DNA of 40,887 nt from Bacteroidales bacterium. GTDB taxonomy: Bacteria > Bacteroidota > Bacteroidia > Bacteroidales > UBA3824. Where the stretch lies: the NCBI GenBank assembly GCA_017645985.1, contig JAGCNK010000207.1, positions 1 to 40,887 of the forward strand, read 5' to 3'. Below the pieces are notes generated by a model, which ran no database searches, had not been told where the DNA came from, and saw nothing but the letters and a program-made list of their open reading frames with translations. Shown here one piece after another: positions 16,221 through 23,757 of the stretch (its first letter is position 1; each line of letters starts with the position of its first letter). Both the position numbers and the translations under genes were made by a program.

Positions 16221-16228
16221 CAAATATA
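16221..16228 (-). promoter_or_regulatory. -7 box TATATTTG upstream of the cheR operon
   Basis: The reverse complement of caaatata is TATATTTG. It lies about 36 nt upstream of the ATG at 16185. Confidence 0.4.
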
Positions 16229-16287
16229 AGACATTTTTTGCAAAAACGTATGTTTTTTTACGCCGATAATTATTTTTTTTAAGATTT

Positions 16288-17325
16288 TTAATAGACGTCG
16301 CGTTCGTAGCCGAGCATGGGCGGAACCATCTGGGTTCTGTTGCCGCTTACGCCGATGGCTTTTAGAGCGGGCAGGTTTTGCAGCAACTCGGGAAATTGAG
16401 CGAAAAGATTGTTGCAGAGGTTGAGGTCGTAAAGGTTCTCAAATTTTACCACTTCGTTGGGCAGACGTGTGAGCCTGTTGTTGCTCAGGTCAAGGAACAC
16501 AAGGCTTGTGAGCTTGGTGATGTCGGTGGGCACGGTTGTGAGGCTGTTGTGGCTGAGTATCAGACGCTGAAGGTTGTACAATTGCGATATTCTTGTGGGA
16601 ACCGACATCAAGCCGCATCCCGAGAGCGACAATCTGGTGAGTGTGGTGATGTTGCATATCTGCGTCATGTCGCGTATCTTGTTGTTGTCTAAGTATAACA
16701 CTTTGAGCGACTTGAAGTTGGCTACCGTGGTGGGCAGCGATGCTATTGTGTTGCCGGCAAGCATCAGCACCTCAAGGTCTTTGAGGTTGGTGAGTGCGCC
16801 CTGGAATGCTGTTATCTTGTTGAACGAGAGGTCTAACTCTTTGAGCGACTTCATATTAGAAATCGTTGCGGGGATGACTGTAATCAGGTTGTTTGACAAT
16901 GTGGCAGATTCGAGCTGCGTGCAGTTGGTTAGCTGCGCCATTTCGCTTATGCGGTTGTTGGCTAAGGAGATGCGTTTCAATTTTTTGAGTCCTGCCACCT
17001 CGCCAGGTATGCGTGCTATGGCGTTCTGGTCGGCAAAGATGAACCTCAGTTCGGTAAGCTGAAACAACTGAGGCGGCAATGTGGTGAGCGTGTTGCCCTG
17101 TATGTATATGGCTTTGAGGTTTTTGAGCTGGGCTATGTCGGCGGGCAGCGACGATATGCCCTGGTTGCTCAGGTCGAGCACCTCGGCTTTGTCGGCGTTA
17201 GAGAGCGCCTCTTCTACCGATGTGTATGCTATCTGTTTGGCAAGCCACTGGTCGTTGTAGTCCTGCGCGTATGTGGCGGCAACGGCTGTGAGCGTTATTG
17301 CGAGCGATAAGATAAGTCTTTTCAT
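16288..17325 (-). CDS. Secreted leucine-rich repeat (LRR) protein
   Basis: Signal peptide MKRLILSLAITLTAVAATYAQ, then about a dozen roughly 23-residue LxxLxLxxNxLxxLP repeats (for example LKELDLSFNKITAFQGALTNLKDLEVLMLAGNTIASLP). Confidence 0.8.
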   Translation of the reverse strand: MKRLILSLAITLTAVAATYAQDYNDQWLAKQIAYTSVEEALSNADKAEVLDLSNQGISSLPADIAQLKNLKAIYIQGNTLTTLPPQLFQLTELRFIFADQNAIARIPGEVAGLKKLKRISLANNRISEMAQLTNCTQLESATLSNNLITVIPATISNMKSLKELDLSFNKITAFQGALTNLKDLEVLMLAGNTIASLPTTVANFKSLKVLYLDNNKIRDMTQICNITTLTRLSLSGCGLMSVPTRISQLYNLQRLILSHNSLTTVPTDITKLTSLVFLDLSNNRLTRLPNEVVKFENLYDLNLCNNLFAQFPELLQNLPALKAIGVSGNRTQMVPPMLGYERDVY

Positions 17326-17326
17326 T

Positions 17327-18109
17327 TTAATTGTCATTTTCTGAATTAAACATATTATTAACAAAACAAATATAATGCCTATATTTTGAGCGGCTGTGCT
17401 TTTTGGCGCAGTCGGAGGCGTTTTTGATTCCTCCGAGATAATAACGTTGAAACCACGGCAAAACGCATAAAATTGCAGTCCAATTGCCGTAATTTTTTGC
17501 CAAATATACTCCGAGCATTGCCAGCGACCCCAGAATCACCTCCGACGACACGCCGTCTATCACACTCAGCGACATATACTGCCCAAGTCCAGGCACTATG
17601 GCGCTTGCCACGCCTGCCACCGCCGGCGACGGTTTCGACTTCTTTTGCCATTTTTTCGACAGTTTCAAAAACTCGTCGCGGCGTTCTTCTGGCAGTGATT
17701 TTAGAAAGCATTCAGTTGATTTGTCGTACTGACCGAGACAGTAGTAGCAGATGCCCAGACGTCGGTTCACTTCGTTTTGGATGCTGGGTTCGGCGGCGGT
17801 GTCTGCTTGCATAAGCGAAGCCACGGCGTTGAAGTATTTTTTTGCTGCGATATAGATATCGGCTTTTGTAATAAGAACTTTACTACGCTCGTCCTGGGTG
17901 GCGGCGTAGAGGTATGCCTGATTGATGAACATCTCGGCAAGACGGAGGTTTTCTGCCTCGGACGATAGCTGTGCGGCGGCTATATAGTTCTGGTTGCTGG
18001 TGTGCAATGTGTCGAACAGTATGGCACGCTGCAACTCTTTGAACTGGTTTTGTGCGCTAACCGTTAGGCTAAAAAAGATTATCGTGCATATAGTCCACAA
18101 TTTGTTCAT
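17327..18109 (-). CDS. Signal peptide plus TPR-like helical region plus C-terminal DUF5683-like membrane segment
   Basis: Signal peptide MNKLWTICTIIFFSLTVSAQ. TPR-like helices such as LGICYYCLGQYDKSTECFLKSL. SAIVPGLGQY is followed by hydrophobic helices. It has the same architecture as the upstream gene. Confidence 0.55.
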   Translation of the reverse strand: MNKLWTICTIIFFSLTVSAQNQFKELQRAILFDTLHTSNQNYIAAAQLSSEAENLRLAEMFINQAYLYAATQDERSKVLITKADIYIAAKKYFNAVASLMQADTAAEPSIQNEVNRRLGICYYCLGQYDKSTECFLKSLPEERRDEFLKLSKKWQKKSKPSPAVAGVASAIVPGLGQYMSLSVIDGVSSEVILGSLAMLGVYLAKNYGNWTAILCVLPWFQRYYLGGIKNASDCAKKHSRSKYRHYICFVNNMFNSENDN

Positions 18110-18869
18110 CGTGCTTTTTCTTTATTGTGTTGTTGTATTTGTTTACCGACTTGGCTGTGCCGAATATGTTGCCCACATAAAAGCAAGCCGACAATGACGC
18201 AAAAAATAGCGGATAAGGGTCTTTGTAACCATATTTGTGAAATCCGTACGCCACGTGTGCCAGTTCAAAACCGCTCCGCAGCAGAGCCATGATGCCTTCG
18301 CGAACGTAGCCGCAGTAGATACGTCCCGAGCCTGGCAATACCGCCGACATTGAAACGGCTATCAGCATAGATTTTTGGTCTAATTTCTTTTGACAGAATG
18401 ATTTGACTTCGGGTGTCAGCAGCGGATTGTTGATGTCGGCGGGTGTCTGGTTGATAACCGCCAGGCAGTTTTTTATGTTTGTGCCTTTGATGGTGTATGG
18501 CGATTGCAGCGAGTCGCAAAACGTGTATGCCTTGGCGTATTCACCCGAGTTTATCAGTAGTTTTACATAGTGGAAATAATATCCAGGTTGAGTTTGGCAT
18601 TGCGGCAGAATGTATTTTTCAAAGGTCTTTTCGGCATTTTTGTAGTCATAGATAATTGAATAACAGTCTATTGTTTTGAATGCGTAATCTAAACTATTGC
18701 TGCAAGTGCTGTCGGCAAGGCGTGCATACTCCTCGGCGGCAAACTGGTATTGCTGTGTGTTGTACAGATATTCGGCAAAAATTCTGGTGTGCGTGGTGTC
18801 GTAGAGGTTTTGCGCTGCGCACATCTGCGCCGTGAGGCATAATAATATTGCTATGGCGGCGTGTTTCAT
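18069..18869 (-). CDS. Signal peptide plus TPR-like helical region plus C-terminal DUF5683-like membrane segment (paralog)
   Basis: Signal peptide MKHAAIAILLCLTAQMCAAQ. Helical repeats (FAAEEYARLADS, YKNAEKTFEKYI, GEYAKAYTFCDSL). SAVLPGSGRIYCGYVREGIMALL is followed by a second hydrophobic helix. Confidence 0.55.
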   Translation of the reverse strand: MKHAAIAILLCLTAQMCAAQNLYDTTHTRIFAEYLYNTQQYQFAAEEYARLADSTCSNSLDYAFKTIDCYSIIYDYKNAEKTFEKYILPQCQTQPGYYFHYVKLLINSGEYAKAYTFCDSLQSPYTIKGTNIKNCLAVINQTPADINNPLLTPEVKSFCQKKLDQKSMLIAVSMSAVLPGSGRIYCGYVREGIMALLRSGFELAHVAYGFHKYGYKDPYPLFFASLSACFYVGNIFGTAKSVNKYNNTIKKKHDEQIVDYMHDNLF

Positions 18870-19828
18870 TGCTTTCTTTTCAATGGATAGTCGATTAGCA
18901 GTCCGTCGTTGCCTTGAAGGTAGCCCGGCTTGTTGATTCCGCTGCAGCGAAGCAGTCGGTCAAACGTGTCGGCAAAGCCGTAGAAGAATCCGTTTTGACT
19001 GAAAGTCATCTGGCTGTAATGCGAGCAGGAAGGGTAAAAACTACATCTCTGTATGTCCTGGGGCGATATTACACGTCGGTAAAATGCGAACAGCGGGTTG
19101 AGGCTTGTTTCTTCGTATTCTTCGCATTTTTGAGGTGCGGTGCTGATGGGTGTTACGCATTGTAACTGAGCGGTATCACCGTCTACAACTACGTTGGTGT
19201 AGATGGTTTTGGTGTATATTTCGCCGTTGCCGCTTGCCACCGACACTATCTGTGTGGGAAAATCTATTCCGTCAACGTTGATGTAGTTGTAGTAGAATGT
19301 CCTTACCATCGGGCTGCCTTTGCGGTTGAGCATCACTGCTGCGCTGAGGCGGTTGTCGGCTTGTGAAATGATGATTTTGCATACCAGTCCCGACGATGTG
19401 TCTGCGTAGTTTTCGGGAAGTGAATATTCGGTAAGCACTGCTCCGTTGCGCCAGGAAACGTCGGTAATGTGGTAGTTAAAATCTTCTGCGCCGCCGTTGC
19501 CTATTGTTCCCATTATGGCCTGATATGGCAGCGATGATTTCAGTAGCGACGAGTCAACACTGATTTCGGCTTGCTTGTGGTTGTTTTGCCATTGGGCCAT
19601 TTTGTCGAAGGTGAGTTCCACAGTGTAGACCGCTGGGTAGATGTAGCTTGTGGTGAGGGTGTTGTTTCGGCTGTTGAATGATACACGGCCTTTGGCTACG
19701 TGGTTGATGGTGGCTCCGTCGGTGGTTTCTTCGGTAAAGTCGGCTGAAAGCGAATAGTGCAGTTGTGCAAACGCAGATCCTCCGGCGGCAAGTAAGACTG
19801 TAAGCGCGATTATTTTACCGACAGCCAT
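18866..19828 (-). CDS. Exported beta-rich protein with a C-terminal YidD-like domain
   Basis: Signal peptide MAVGKIIALTVLLAAGGSAFAQ and a beta-rich region of about 230 aa. The C-terminus FAFYRRVISPQDIQRCSFYPSCSHYSQMTFSQNGFFYGFADTFDRLLRCS matches the YidD signature (Y-x2-ISP, C-x-F-x-P-[ST]-CS-x-Y, R-x-x-RC). Confidence 0.7.
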   Translation of the reverse strand: MAVGKIIALTVLLAAGGSAFAQLHYSLSADFTEETTDGATINHVAKGRVSFNSRNNTLTTSYIYPAVYTVELTFDKMAQWQNNHKQAEISVDSSLLKSSLPYQAIMGTIGNGGAEDFNYHITDVSWRNGAVLTEYSLPENYADTSSGLVCKIIISQADNRLSAAVMLNRKGSPMVRTFYYNYINVDGIDFPTQIVSVASGNGEIYTKTIYTNVVVDGDTAQLQCVTPISTAPQKCEEYEETSLNPLFAFYRRVISPQDIQRCSFYPSCSHYSQMTFSQNGFFYGFADTFDRLLRCSGINKPGYLQGNDGLLIDYPLKRKQ

Positions 19829-20238
19829 TTGGCGAGTCCTCCCACAGCCGCGCCCGTGAGGCAGCCGTAAATAGCCAGTTTCACCTCGCGCCTGTCGCCG
19901 TGCTTGCAGGCGTAAACAATTGCCACAGCTATGGGACCCGCGCCCGCTCCGTAGAGCGTGTATGTGCCTACTGCCGATACCAAGGCTGTGAACACAAAGG
20001 TGGGCATACGTCCCGGCATTGCGCTTTGCGGATAAAGATTCACCATAGCGAAATTGTTAAACTCCGCTGTGTTGCAGCCGTTATTTGAAGCGATGGTTTC
20101 AATCTCGCAGGCTATGCTGTCGGCGGTGGCAAATTTTTCGGTAAGTCCGCTGTCAGAAAACCAGTCGGGGTCGGTGCCGTCGGCATAAACCACCGATGCC
20201 ACAAAGATTAACGATAATATGGCTGCTAACTTTTTCAT
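19810..20238 (-). CDS. Small signal-peptide protein with a glycine-zipper membrane C-terminus
   Basis: I prefer the start at 20238 (MKKLAAILSLIFVASVVYADG). The C-terminal segments FVFTALVSAVGTYTLYGAGAGPIAVAIVYA and LAIYGCLTGAAVGGLAKWL are Gly/Ala-rich. The track's 61-aa N-terminal extension overlaps the upstream gene and looks spurious. Confidence 0.5.
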   Translation of the reverse strand: MKKLAAILSLIFVASVVYADGTDPDWFSDSGLTEKFATADSIACEIETIASNNGCNTAEFNNFAMVNLYPQSAMPGRMPTFVFTALVSAVGTYTLYGAGAGPIAVAIVYACKHGDRREVKLAIYGCLTGAAVGGLAKWLSVK

Positions 20239-20239
20239 T

Positions 20240-20734
20240 CTATTTTGATTGTGAAATGCGCTCGCGGTTGGCGTTGATATACTTGTTGAGTGTGCGTTCA
20301 AGCAGTTCGATGTCTTCTGCCGACAAGGCGGTGATGTTAAACGAAGGATAGGTGAACTCTTGCAGCTGCTTTTCCTTGTTGTATCCGCGCACTGTGATGG
20401 ATATCTTTTTCTGCAGACCAAAAAAGCTCTTGGTGATGGTGTATTTGTGCAGCAGTTTTTTCTTGATGTTGAACGACAGGCAGCGGCGAAACAGCGGATA
20501 TGCCGTGTAGCGTTTTACTACTATCGGGTCTTTGTCGTCGTCGAAACTGAAATACGAGGGATTGATCAACAGCAGTACAATGTGAGCCACCACCATCACT
20601 CCGCAGATAATCAGGCAGGTTTTCATATTGTACTTGTCGAAATAGATATATGCCAATGAACCAATCGCCAGCAGTCCCGAAATGATATATGCCAGGCGAT
20701 ATTTTGATGTAGTTAAATTATTGTCTATAAACAT
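20240..20734 (-). CDS. Two-TM membrane protein with a small C-terminal soluble domain
   Basis: The TM helices are YRLAYIISGLLAIGSLAYIYF and CLIICGVMVVAHIVLLLI. A strand-rich domain of about 95 aa ends in a helix (SAEDIELLERTLNKYI); a bacterial PH-like fold is only a guess. Confidence 0.5.
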   Translation of the reverse strand: MFIDNNLTTSKYRLAYIISGLLAIGSLAYIYFDKYNMKTCLIICGVMVVAHIVLLLINPSYFSFDDDKDPIVVKRYTAYPLFRRCLSFNIKKKLLHKYTITKSFFGLQKKISITVRGYNKEKQLQEFTYPSFNITALSAEDIELLERTLNKYINANRERISQSK

Positions 20735-20761
20735 ATCTGATATTGTTATCTAATTAAATAA

Positions 20762-21817
20762 TTAAAGATTCATCTGGTTGTAAAACGAGAACGACTGGCA
20801 GATGTCCTCGTAGGTGCAATGCACGTCGTATTGGTATTTGCCAAAACCGCTTACGAGCGAGAACGATATTTTGCCTTCGGTGTTTTTCTTGTCGTGGTGC
20901 ATCAGTTCTATGAGCGTTTTGTAGATGTCCATACTGAAGCGGAACGGTTGGAAATACAGTCCTATAATCTTTGCCACTTCTATGAGGCTTTGAATAGGAA
21001 ATCCCATATAGTGGTTGCTCAGATATAGCTCGCAAACTATGCCCACAGCCACAGCCTCGCCGTGCAGAAGTGGTTTGTCGGTGTTGAACGAGAAGCTCTC
21101 CACAGCGTGTCCGATTGTGTGACCGAAGTTGAGCATTTTTCTCACGCCTTTTTCGGTGGGGTCGGCTGATGTGAACTCGTTCTTTATCATTATCGAGGTC
21201 TCCACAAGCTCGGTGAGCAGATTCCAGTCGGGCTGCTTGGGGTTGAACTGGCTGATGCGCTCAAAATAGTCCTTGTCGACCAGCAGTGCGTGTTTTATCA
21301 TTTCGGCAAAGCCGGAAATAATCTGCGCCGTGGGCAGCGATTTCAAAAACTGTGTGTCAACGATTATCTTGTCGGGATTGCGGAAAATTCCAATCTCGTT
21401 TTTAAAGTTCTGAAAATCAACAGCTAACTTGCCTCCGCACGAAGCGTCCACCTGAGCCAGCAGGGTAGTGGGAACGTTTACGAACTTGATGCCGCGTTTA
21501 AACAGCGACGCCGCCAATCCGCCCATATCGCCGATAACACCGCCGCCAAGGTTGATAAACAGACTCTTGCGGTCGGCACCGAGATTGCTCAGCTTCGACC
21601 ATATAATACTCAGTGTGTCAAGGTTTTTGTGCTGTTCGCCGCTCTTGATTTCTATCACTGTGGCGCCGTTTTGGCTGATGCAGGGTAGGAGAGGGAGGCA
21701 GTGCCGGGAGGTGTTCTCGTCAACAAGTACAAACACTTTTGACGAAACGCTTTTGATTATTTCCGACAATACTGCGTCGGCGTTTTGCGTACATACTACG
21801 TTTTCAGGCAGATTCAT
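20762..21817 (-). CDS. aroB: 3-dehydroquinate synthase
   Basis: GGGVIGDMGG, LNFGHTIGHAVE and HGEAVAVG motifs. 351 aa. Confidence 0.9.
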   Translation of the reverse strand: MNLPENVVCTQNADAVLSEIIKSVSSKVFVLVDENTSRHCLPLLPCISQNGATVIEIKSGEQHKNLDTLSIIWSKLSNLGADRKSLFINLGGGVIGDMGGLAASLFKRGIKFVNVPTTLLAQVDASCGGKLAVDFQNFKNEIGIFRNPDKIIVDTQFLKSLPTAQIISGFAEMIKHALLVDKDYFERISQFNPKQPDWNLLTELVETSIMIKNEFTSADPTEKGVRKMLNFGHTIGHAVESFSFNTDKPLLHGEAVAVGIVCELYLSNHYMGFPIQSLIEVAKIIGLYFQPFRFSMDIYKTLIELMHHDKKNTEGKISFSLVSGFGKYQYDVHCTYEDICQSFSFYNQMNL

Positions 21818-21845
21818 ACTGTGGTTTCAATTTTTATTTCGGTTT

Positions 21846-21853
21846 CAAAATTA
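21846..21853 (-). promoter_or_regulatory. -7 box TAATTTTG upstream of aroB
   Basis: The reverse complement of caaaatta is TAATTTTG. It lies about 29 nt upstream of the aroB ATG. Confidence 0.4.
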
Positions 21854-21935
21854 TAAAAAATCGGCAATAATCAGACCGAGAAAATGTAATTCTAAATTTT
21901 TTTTTAAAATGATGGCTGTATAACAAAAATGTTTG

Positions 21936-21943
21936 TAACTTTG
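21936..21943 (+). promoter_or_regulatory. -7 box TAACTTTG upstream of the metK leader
   Basis: Exact TAnnTTTG match 134 nt upstream of the metK ATG. This leaves a leader of about 125 nt that contains the candidate riboswitch. Confidence 0.45.
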
Positions 21944-21964
21944 CACCAACAAAAAGGTAAATAA

Positions 21965-22020
21965 TGCGGACGGATTTGGTTTGATTGCAACCGCTTAAAA
22001 AAAATGCTAAAGCAACGCCG
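21965..22020 (+). promoter_or_regulatory. Candidate SAM-II-like pseudoknot riboswitch in the metK 5' leader
   Basis: The RNA is UGCGGACGGAUUUGGUUUGAUUGCAACCGCUUAAAAAAAAUGCUAAAGCAACGCCG. It forms the hairpin GGUU(21978-81)/AACC(21989-92), or alternatively GCGG/CCGC. Loop UUGC (21985-88) can pair with the downstream GCAA (22012-15). The GAUUU, A-rich linker and AAAGC elements resemble my memory of the SAM-II consensus. The context (a SAM synthetase leader) fits. Confidence 0.35.
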
Positions 22021-22077
22021 CCTTCCCAATTATAATACCTCAGAATTTTTTTTAGTAATCAACACAATTAACTTAGT

Positions 22078-23358
22078 ATGTCATATTTTTTCACATCAGA
22101 ATCAGTTTCTGAGGGACATCCCGACAAAGTGGCAGATCAGATTTCTGACGCACTTTTGGACGAATTTTTAAAACAGGACTCAGAAAGCAAGGTGGCTTGC
22201 GAAACTTTCGTTACCACCGGTCTTGCCGTTTTGGGTGGCGAGGTAAAAACAGAGGCTTATGTCGACGTGCAGCAGACTGCCCGCGACGTTATCAACCGAA
22301 TCGGCTACACCAAAGGCGAATATATGTTTGACGGCAACAGCTGCGGCGTGATTTCGGCTATCCACGGTCAGAGCCAGGATATCAACCGAGGCGTTGAGCG
22401 CGAAGACCTTGACAATCAAGGCGCTGGCGACCAGGGTATGATGTTCGGCTACGCTGTTAAAGAGTCGCAGAACCTTATGCCTTATAGCATCGAGCTGGCT
22501 CACAAGCTGCTTATCGAACTTGCAGCCATCCGCCGCGAGGGTAAGGAGATGACTTATCTCCGTCCCGACAGCAAGAGCCAGGTAACTATCGAATACGGCG
22601 ACAACAATGTTGCAAAACGTATCGACACTATCGTTATCTCTACTCAGCACGACGAGTTTATTAAGGCCGATACTGCCAAAAAACAGCTCAAGGCCGACAA
22701 GGATATGGTGGCAAAAATCACCGAGGATGTCCGCGACATTCTCATCCCCCGTCTTCTTAAAAAGCTCAGCGCCAAAGAAAAAGCTCTTTTCAAGGGCGAC
22801 TACAAACTGTTGGTTAACCCCACTGGCAAGTTTGTTATCGGCGGACCTCACGGCGATACCGGCCTCACAGGACGCAAGATTATCGTTGACACCTACGGCG
22901 GCAAGGGCGCACACGGCGGCGGAGCTTTCTCGGGCAAAGACCCCTCAAAGGTAGACCGCAGCGCAGCATACGCTACACGCCATATTGCCAAAAACTTAGT
23001 GGCAGCCGGCATTGCCGACGAGTGCTTGGTGCAGGTGGCTTACGCTATCGGCGTGGCTCAGCCCGTGGGCTTGTATGTTAACACTTACGGCACAAGCAAG
23101 GTAAAAATTAGCGACGGCGAAATTGCTGAGAAACTTCTCAAGATTTTCGACCTCCGTCCCGCCGCTATTATCCGCAGATTGAAACTTAAAAACCCAATCT
23201 TCTTGGATACAGCTGCTTACGGACATTTCGGCCGCGAACCTTACTCCAAAAAAGTGGAAGTTATCGAAAACGGCAAAAAGGTGAAAAAAGAGGTTGAGTT
23301 CTTCACTTGGGAAAAACTCGACTATGTGGACACTCTCAAAAAGGAGTTCGCCATTTAA
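22078..23358 (+). CDS. metK: S-adenosylmethionine synthetase
   Basis: [33 protein letters not shown] and [19 protein letters not shown] motifs. 426 aa. Confidence 0.95.
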   Translation: MSYFFTSESVSEGHPDKVADQISDALLDEFLKQDSESKVACETFVTTGLAVLGGEVKTEAYVDVQQTARDVINRIGYTKGEYMFDGNSCGVISAIHGQSQDINRGVEREDLDNQGAGDQGMMFGYAVKESQNLMPYSIELAHKLLIELAAIRREGKEMTYLRPDSKSQVTIEYGDNNVAKRIDTIVISTQHDEFIKADTAKKQLKADKDMVAKITEDVRDILIPRLLKKLSAKEKALFKGDYKLLVNPTGKFVIGGPHGDTGLTGRKIIVDTYGGKGAHGGGAFSGKDPSKVDRSAAYATRHIAKNLVAAGIADECLVQVAYAIGVAQPVGLYVNTYGTSKVKISDGEIAEKLLKIFDLRPAAIIRRLKLKNPIFLDTAAYGHFGREPYSKKVEVIENGKKVKKEVEFFTWEKLDYVDTLKKEFAI

Positions 23359-23390
23359 AACTTTTTTAACCTCTTGATACAATATTTGGC

Positions 23391-23431
23391 AAGGAATATG
23401 GTTATATAATTGTAATCATATTCCTTTCTTT
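23391..23431 (+). terminator. Rho-independent terminator after metK
   Basis: 10-bp stem AAGGAATATG (23391-23400) pairs with CATATTCCTT (23417-23426), followed by TCTTT. Confidence 0.7.
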
Positions 23432-23497
23432 AAAAACAAAAAGGAAGTTTTTCCGTATAAAGATTTGGATGATAACAACCACGGTATAAATATCGAT

Positions 23498-23743
23498 ATG
23501 AAAAAGTCAAAATACATAAAATTCGCACTCTGCTTGGCGCTGGGCTGTTTCTTCAGCCTTGGTGTGTTTGCTGAAGATTACAATGGTGTCGGTGACGACC
23601 CAAACAAGGATGTGCCAAAAATTCCGATTCCAATTGATGGTGGAGTGTCTGTTTTGATAGCCGCAGGTGTTGGCTACGGTGTAAAAAAGTACCGTGACTA
23701 TCGTTTAAGTAAGAAGGATATCGAACCTCGTTGTTCTGAATAG
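23498..23743 (+). CDS. 81-aa precursor with an N-terminal signal peptide and a PID-type C-terminal sorting signal
   Basis: The signal peptide is MKKSKYIKFALCLALGCFFSLGVFA. About 20 polar residues follow (EDYNGVGDDPNKDVPKIPIP). Then come IDGG, the hydrophobic stretch VSVLIAAGVGYGV and the basic stretch KKYRDYRLSKK. This is the tripartite layout of PEP-CTERM-class signals. I prefer the ATG at 23498 to the TTG at 23465. Confidence 0.55.
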   Translation: MKKSKYIKFALCLALGCFFSLGVFAEDYNGVGDDPNKDVPKIPIPIDGGVSVLIAAGVGYGVKKYRDYRLSKKDIEPRCSE

Positions 23744-23757
23744 GATAAAACCCTTTT

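Noticed and set aside
19810-20421. N-terminal extensions in the ORF track (20421, and likewise 4363, 17364, 30622, 33638, 1884, 23465, 16206, 28373)
   Set aside because: In each case an internal ATG gives a canonical signal peptide or a conserved N-terminus and removes an overlap with the upstream gene. Several of the track starts are TTG or GTG.
22180-22914. 244-aa minus-strand ORF antisense to metK
   Set aside because: metK motifs are perfect on the plus strand, so the antisense frame is a shadow ORF.
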